This document shows, one piece after another, positions 56,945 through 60,291 of a stretch of 60,291 nt of DNA. Made by a program: the position numbers and the translations under genes. Location of the stretch: IMG/VR virus record IMGVR_UViG_3300035682_000039, positions 1-60,291 of that record, one strand, 5' to 3'. This DNA is from a virus (lineage: Duplodnaviria; Caudoviricetes). Numbering within the stretch: position 1 is the stretch's first letter; the number at the start of each line of letters is the position of its first letter. Under the pieces are notes generated by a model. The model made no database searches, was not told the origin of the DNA, and saw only the letters and a list, made by a program, of their open reading frames with translations.

Positions 56945-57591
56945 CACACCATCCTTCCACGAGTTTTGCCTTTGATTGCGCAACCATCGGCACGTTTAGA
57001 AGCAGAGGATACTTTTCCACCGCTTGCCATCTTTTTAACTGAACCGCCCTTTTTCATACCTAATTTTAAATTATCACGGCTTAATCTTGGAACAGGAGGC
57101 TTAGATAACTTAGGAGTCATAGCCTCAAATTCTGAAGCTGTGTATGTTTTCATACGGGGTTTCATGAGACCAGTAAGACCTTTACGGATCATCCCTTTAA
57201 CCATGCCAACTCCCGGAATATAGTCTTCAGGGCTGACATTTATTAAACCTTGATTTTTCTCTAACTTAGCCAAACGATCTTTCTCTTCTTGAGGCATCGT
57301 TGGTGGTGTAGATGGTTTTGTCGTAGGCTTGGAAGTAGGCTTAGGAGCAGATACACGAGTTACAGTCTTTTTTATTTCTGCAAACTCTGGCAATTCGTTT
57401 TGCTCTCCATAGCCAGATTTACCAGCAGGAGAATCATCACCAACTTCGGTGGTTTTCGTACCCACACGATCAGGAACAGCTTTCCGCATACGAGCCAAAA
57501 TGTATGGATCTGTGCGGTCAGCACCGCCTAACCATTCCTCTTGTTCGGCACTAAAACCACCCTCTTGGAATTTACGGACTTTCTTTTTCAT
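56944..57591 (-). CDS. Lys-rich protein with shared C-terminal tag
   Basis: Ends SGGKVSSASKRADGCAIKGKTRGRMV. Confidence 0.7.
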   Translation of the reverse strand: MKKKVRKFQEGGFSAEQEEWLGGADRTDPYILARMRKAVPDRVGTKTTEVGDDSPAGKSGYGEQNELPEFAEIKKTVTRVSAPKPTSKPTTKPSTPPTMPQEEKDRLAKLEKNQGLINVSPEDYIPGVGMVKGMIRKGLTGLMKPRMKTYTASEFEAMTPKLSKPPVPRLSRDNLKLGMKKGGSVKKMASGGKVSSASKRADGCAIKGKTRGRMV

Positions 57592-57592
57592 G

Positions 57593-58003
57593 TTAGCAAG
57601 TTCTCCCGCCTGATTTCATTTTAATCATCTTGCCTTTAGTCTTGCCTTTGATCTCAATGCCACCGCCTTTAGCCATGCTGTGCATACGCTTCTCATGACC
57701 TTTAACGGCTTTAGCAGCAACCTTCTTCATCATTGGTTTATCTTTAGAAATATCTGAATGTTTCACGTTACCACCTTTTTTCATATAGCCCATTTTGTTG
57801 CGTACTTCTGTGGGCAGTTTGGATAATCCTGGGTTGCTATCAGAATCAACTTCTTTTAAGCCACCAGCTCTGAATTTACGTCCTTTATCTGCTTTCATAA
57901 ACTCTTCTCCTACGGATTTAGATACGCCAACCTTTTTGGCAAATTTTGGATTGTTAGCGACAGCAGCCATAAATCCGTGTTGTTTTTTTGAAACACTAGG
58001 CAT
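57593..58003 (-). CDS. Lys-rich protein
   Basis: MPSVSKKQHGFMAAVANNPKFAKK; GGGIEIKGKTKGKMI. Confidence 0.7.
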   Translation of the reverse strand: MPSVSKKQHGFMAAVANNPKFAKKVGVSKSVGEEFMKADKGRKFRAGGLKEVDSDSNPGLSKLPTEVRNKMGYMKKGGNVKHSDISKDKPMMKKVAAKAVKGHEKRMHSMAKGGGIEIKGKTKGKMIKMKSGGRTC

Positions 58004-58247
58004 TTATTTTCCCCTGAATAAGCTGGTCAATCTTGCTTTCAAGTTTGTTAAAGCGTTGATCAATGTGCTGCATAATGCGGTCAACTTCTGCTTGAGTAAC
58101 GTTTTCACGAGCTACCTCCTCACGAGTCTTGTTTAATAAAATCCCTATACGGGCGAGTTCAGCAGATTTTTCTTTTGCCCATAAACCCACGAGAACCCCC
58201 GCTAATGATAGGATTGCATTCCATAAAAGTAACATTTCTTGGCTCAT
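57996..58247 (-). CDS. Membrane-anchored coiled-coil protein
   Basis: N-terminal TM; ILLNKTREE. Confidence 0.7.
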   Translation of the reverse strand: MSQEMLLLWNAILSLAGVLVGLWAKEKSAELARIGILLNKTREEVARENVTQAEVDRIMQHIDQRFNKLESKIDQLIQGKINA

Positions 58248-58561
58248 ACCATCTTACCTTTGGTCTTACCTTTAATAGCACAGCCATCAGCACGTTTAGA
58301 AGCAGAAGATACTTTGCCACCTGACTTGTAATTCTTAGTGATGTCTCTATTTGACTTAGGCATTGCTCCGCCGCCGCCTGTTGGGGTATTGCGTTGGACA
58401 ATATCACTATATTTTTCGGCTGAATACCTATGTGATCCATGTTCTAAATTTTTACGCTCTGCGGTTTTGTTTGCCGTTGCTTCTGAAGCGTACTCTTTTT
58501 GATTTACAAAAGCACGTTCTTTATTGTCGTATAGTCTGTAGGGTTCGTTTTCGTCAATCAT
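58244..58561 (-). CDS. Protein with shared C-terminal tag
   Basis: Ends YKSGGKVSSASKRADGCAIKGKTKGKMV. Confidence 0.7.
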   Translation of the reverse strand: MIDENEPYRLYDNKERAFVNQKEYASEATANKTAERKNLEHGSHRYSAEKYSDIVQRNTPTGGGGAMPKSNRDITKNYKSGGKVSSASKRADGCAIKGKTKGKMV

Positions 58562-58878
58562 ACGATTTTCCCTTTAGTTTTGCCACGAATCTCGCAGCCA
58601 CCACCACGAACTGATCCGCCTTCTTTGCAGTTCCAAGCCCGTAAAGACTTGTTAATGCGTGAGTCTGGATCGTTAGCGGTTTTAGCAGATGTGAGCTTTT
58701 TCTTCATACCTGACATTCTGGCGCAAAATGACTTCTTTCTTGAACCGCCTTCTGGCTGAGGACGTTTTAAGCCAGGTTTGCCAGGATTTGCTGCATTGTA
58801 GGAGGCACGACCTTTAGCGTTTAAACCACCTTCAGGGTTTTTACCTTCCTTACGAGTCCATGCAGGGGTCTTAGCCAT
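58558..58878 (-). CDS. Basic conserved protein (DUF6321-like) with tag variant
   Basis: GGLNAKGR, RKKSFCARM, SLRAWNC; ends RGGGCEIRGKTKGKIV. Confidence 0.75.
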   Translation of the reverse strand: MAKTPAWTRKEGKNPEGGLNAKGRASYNAANPGKPGLKRPQPEGGSRKKSFCARMSGMKKKLTSAKTANDPDSRINKSLRAWNCKEGGSVRGGGCEIRGKTKGKIV

Positions 58879-59648
58879 TATGCAACATCCTTTTTAGCAT
58901 CAAGAGGTCTAATAAGAGGATAGAGATACTCTTCTCCAAAAGAACCTGCAAACTCTTCCATTCCTAGATGACCTAGCTTAATGGTGGGGTCAATCCATAC
59001 TTCGTAACCGTGAGCCGTAGCACGATCACAGAAAAGATAATCCTCGCCTACATAGCCTTCTGGAGTGGATTTGAAGTCAAAGAATGAATAGCAAAACTTG
59101 TCTGGGTGCCCGTCTACTACTCGGTCATCGTGGTATTTCCACTCAGGATGGTTGTCTCTGAGGGTCTCAAATACGTCTTTACGAATCAACATAAAAGCGG
59201 TAGCAATCCGTTTAGCCTTAACTAATCCGTAGGAATTCATATAAATCCCGCCATCAGCATCTTGCTCTAAAGTCGATATATAGACCTGACCTTTTTTACG
59301 GGCAACAGGAACTCCGCCTACGATACCCTTCTTAGGGTCAGTATTCCACGCCATTAGACGGAAGATGTCTTGTGGGTTAAACGTAATGTCCGAATCAATA
59401 AACATTAAGTCTGTGCAGTCTGACGCTAAGAAGTCTTTAGCAATTAAGTTTCTGACACGAGACACAACTGAGCATCCAGAGATGTTGCAAATCTGAATAT
59501 CAATTCCGTGCTTAGGAGCTTCTACAGCAAACTGAGCCATAGCAATAGCCAGTTTGACTGAGACTTTAAAGTCATAAGCGGGAAGACCAAGCATGACCTT
59601 CCTACCTACTAAGTTAAAAGAACCTTGAGCTTGCGTTGGATTATCCAT
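58878..59648 (-). CDS. GT-A (family 2-like) glycosyltransferase
   Basis: RVRN, LMFIDSDI, GEDYLFC, LGHLG. Confidence 0.8.
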   Translation of the reverse strand: MDNPTQAQGSFNLVGRKVMLGLPAYDFKVSVKLAIAMAQFAVEAPKHGIDIQICNISGCSVVSRVRNLIAKDFLASDCTDLMFIDSDITFNPQDIFRLMAWNTDPKKGIVGGVPVARKKGQVYISTLEQDADGGIYMNSYGLVKAKRIATAFMLIRKDVFETLRDNHPEWKYHDDRVVDGHPDKFCYSFFDFKSTPEGYVGEDYLFCDRATAHGYEVWIDPTIKLGHLGMEEFAGSFGEEYLYPLIRPLDAKKDVA

Positions 59649-60126
59649 ATATCACCGTTGCTGTTACGCTTGGACCAACCCCAACATAAATCCCGTTAGG
59701 GCAGTAAATACCTTCGCCTGGAATCTTAACAGGTAAACCTACTGTATTAAATGTATCAAGTTCAACATAAATATTTGTGTACATTGTTACTGTACCAGTA
59801 GCAGATCCAGATGTAACGGAAGTTACTGTAAATGTATTAGCTGTTACGTTAGATACTTCGTATACCCCATCACGCATGGTTGTTCCAGCCGCAACATCTA
59901 AAAATACTCGTTGACCATTTACCAAACCATTGCCATTAATTGTCACCGTAACCGTTGTTCCAGTTCTACTCCAAGTACCTGACTTTGAAACTGCTGGGTC
60001 TGCAACCGCCATGTTTCTTGCCGATACCGTACCGCTAGTAACTGTTACATTTTTTAGACGAACAGACTCTGTGGTGGCAGTACCAGATGCTGAAGCATGA
60101 TACGATTTAACGTCATATTGCTGCAT
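59641..60126 (-). CDS. Virion protein, tandem paralog of the junction-spanning gene
   Basis: MQQYDVKS, IPGEGI, GIYV, final YG. Confidence 0.75.
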   Translation of the reverse strand: MQQYDVKSYHASASGTATTESVRLKNVTVTSGTVSARNMAVADPAVSKSGTWSRTGTTVTVTINGNGLVNGQRVFLDVAAGTTMRDGVYEVSNVTANTFTVTSVTSGSATGTVTMYTNIYVELDTFNTVGLPVKIPGEGIYCPNGIYVGVGPSVTATVIYG

Positions 60127-60164
60127 AGTGTCATCCGTAAAACAGAGTAGTTGTTACAGAAGCG

Positions 60165-60291
60165 GGTAAACCAACATAAATACCATCTGTCGCTAAAATA
60201 CCTTCGCCTGGAATCAGTGTATAAAAAGCCGTAGCAGAAGAACAGTCAAGCTCAACCAAAATACTTGCGTACATCGTTACATTTCCATTAG
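60165..60291. repeat. Terminal direct repeat, copy 2
   Basis: Identical to 1-127. Confidence 0.95.

Noticed and set aside
1-60291. Stop-codon reassignment
   Set aside because: Core genes are intact in the standard code, and TAA, TGA and TAG all end genes (terL ends in TAG).

Overview
The window is an apparently complete, circularly assembled tailed dsDNA phage genome. Bases 1-127 equal bases 60165-60291, so the unique length is about 60,164 bp. The gene set is podovirus-like: no tape measure or sheath, but large ejection proteins. The minus strand carries the virion module (terminase, portal, GroES, scaffold, Mu gpT-like capsid, adaptor/nozzle, ejection proteins, lysozyme). It also carries a sulfation/glycosylation cassette beside an RCC1-repeat tail protein and a run of lysine-rich proteins sharing a C-terminal tag. 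The centre holds an amidoligase + glutamine amidotransferase pair, small early genes, primase, a C5 methyltransferase with a nested alternative-frame gene, helicase, ParB-like, RusA-like, Cas4-like and ERF genes, and a TGT/DpdA-like + QueD pair. Several intergenic stretches fold into complex RNAs (1184-1256, 19714-19965, 20850-21360). I recognised no DNA polymerase, integrase, reverse transcriptase, canonical tRNA or CRISPR array. A freshwater proteobacterial host is a guess only. All family calls come from motifs read by eye; no searches were run.
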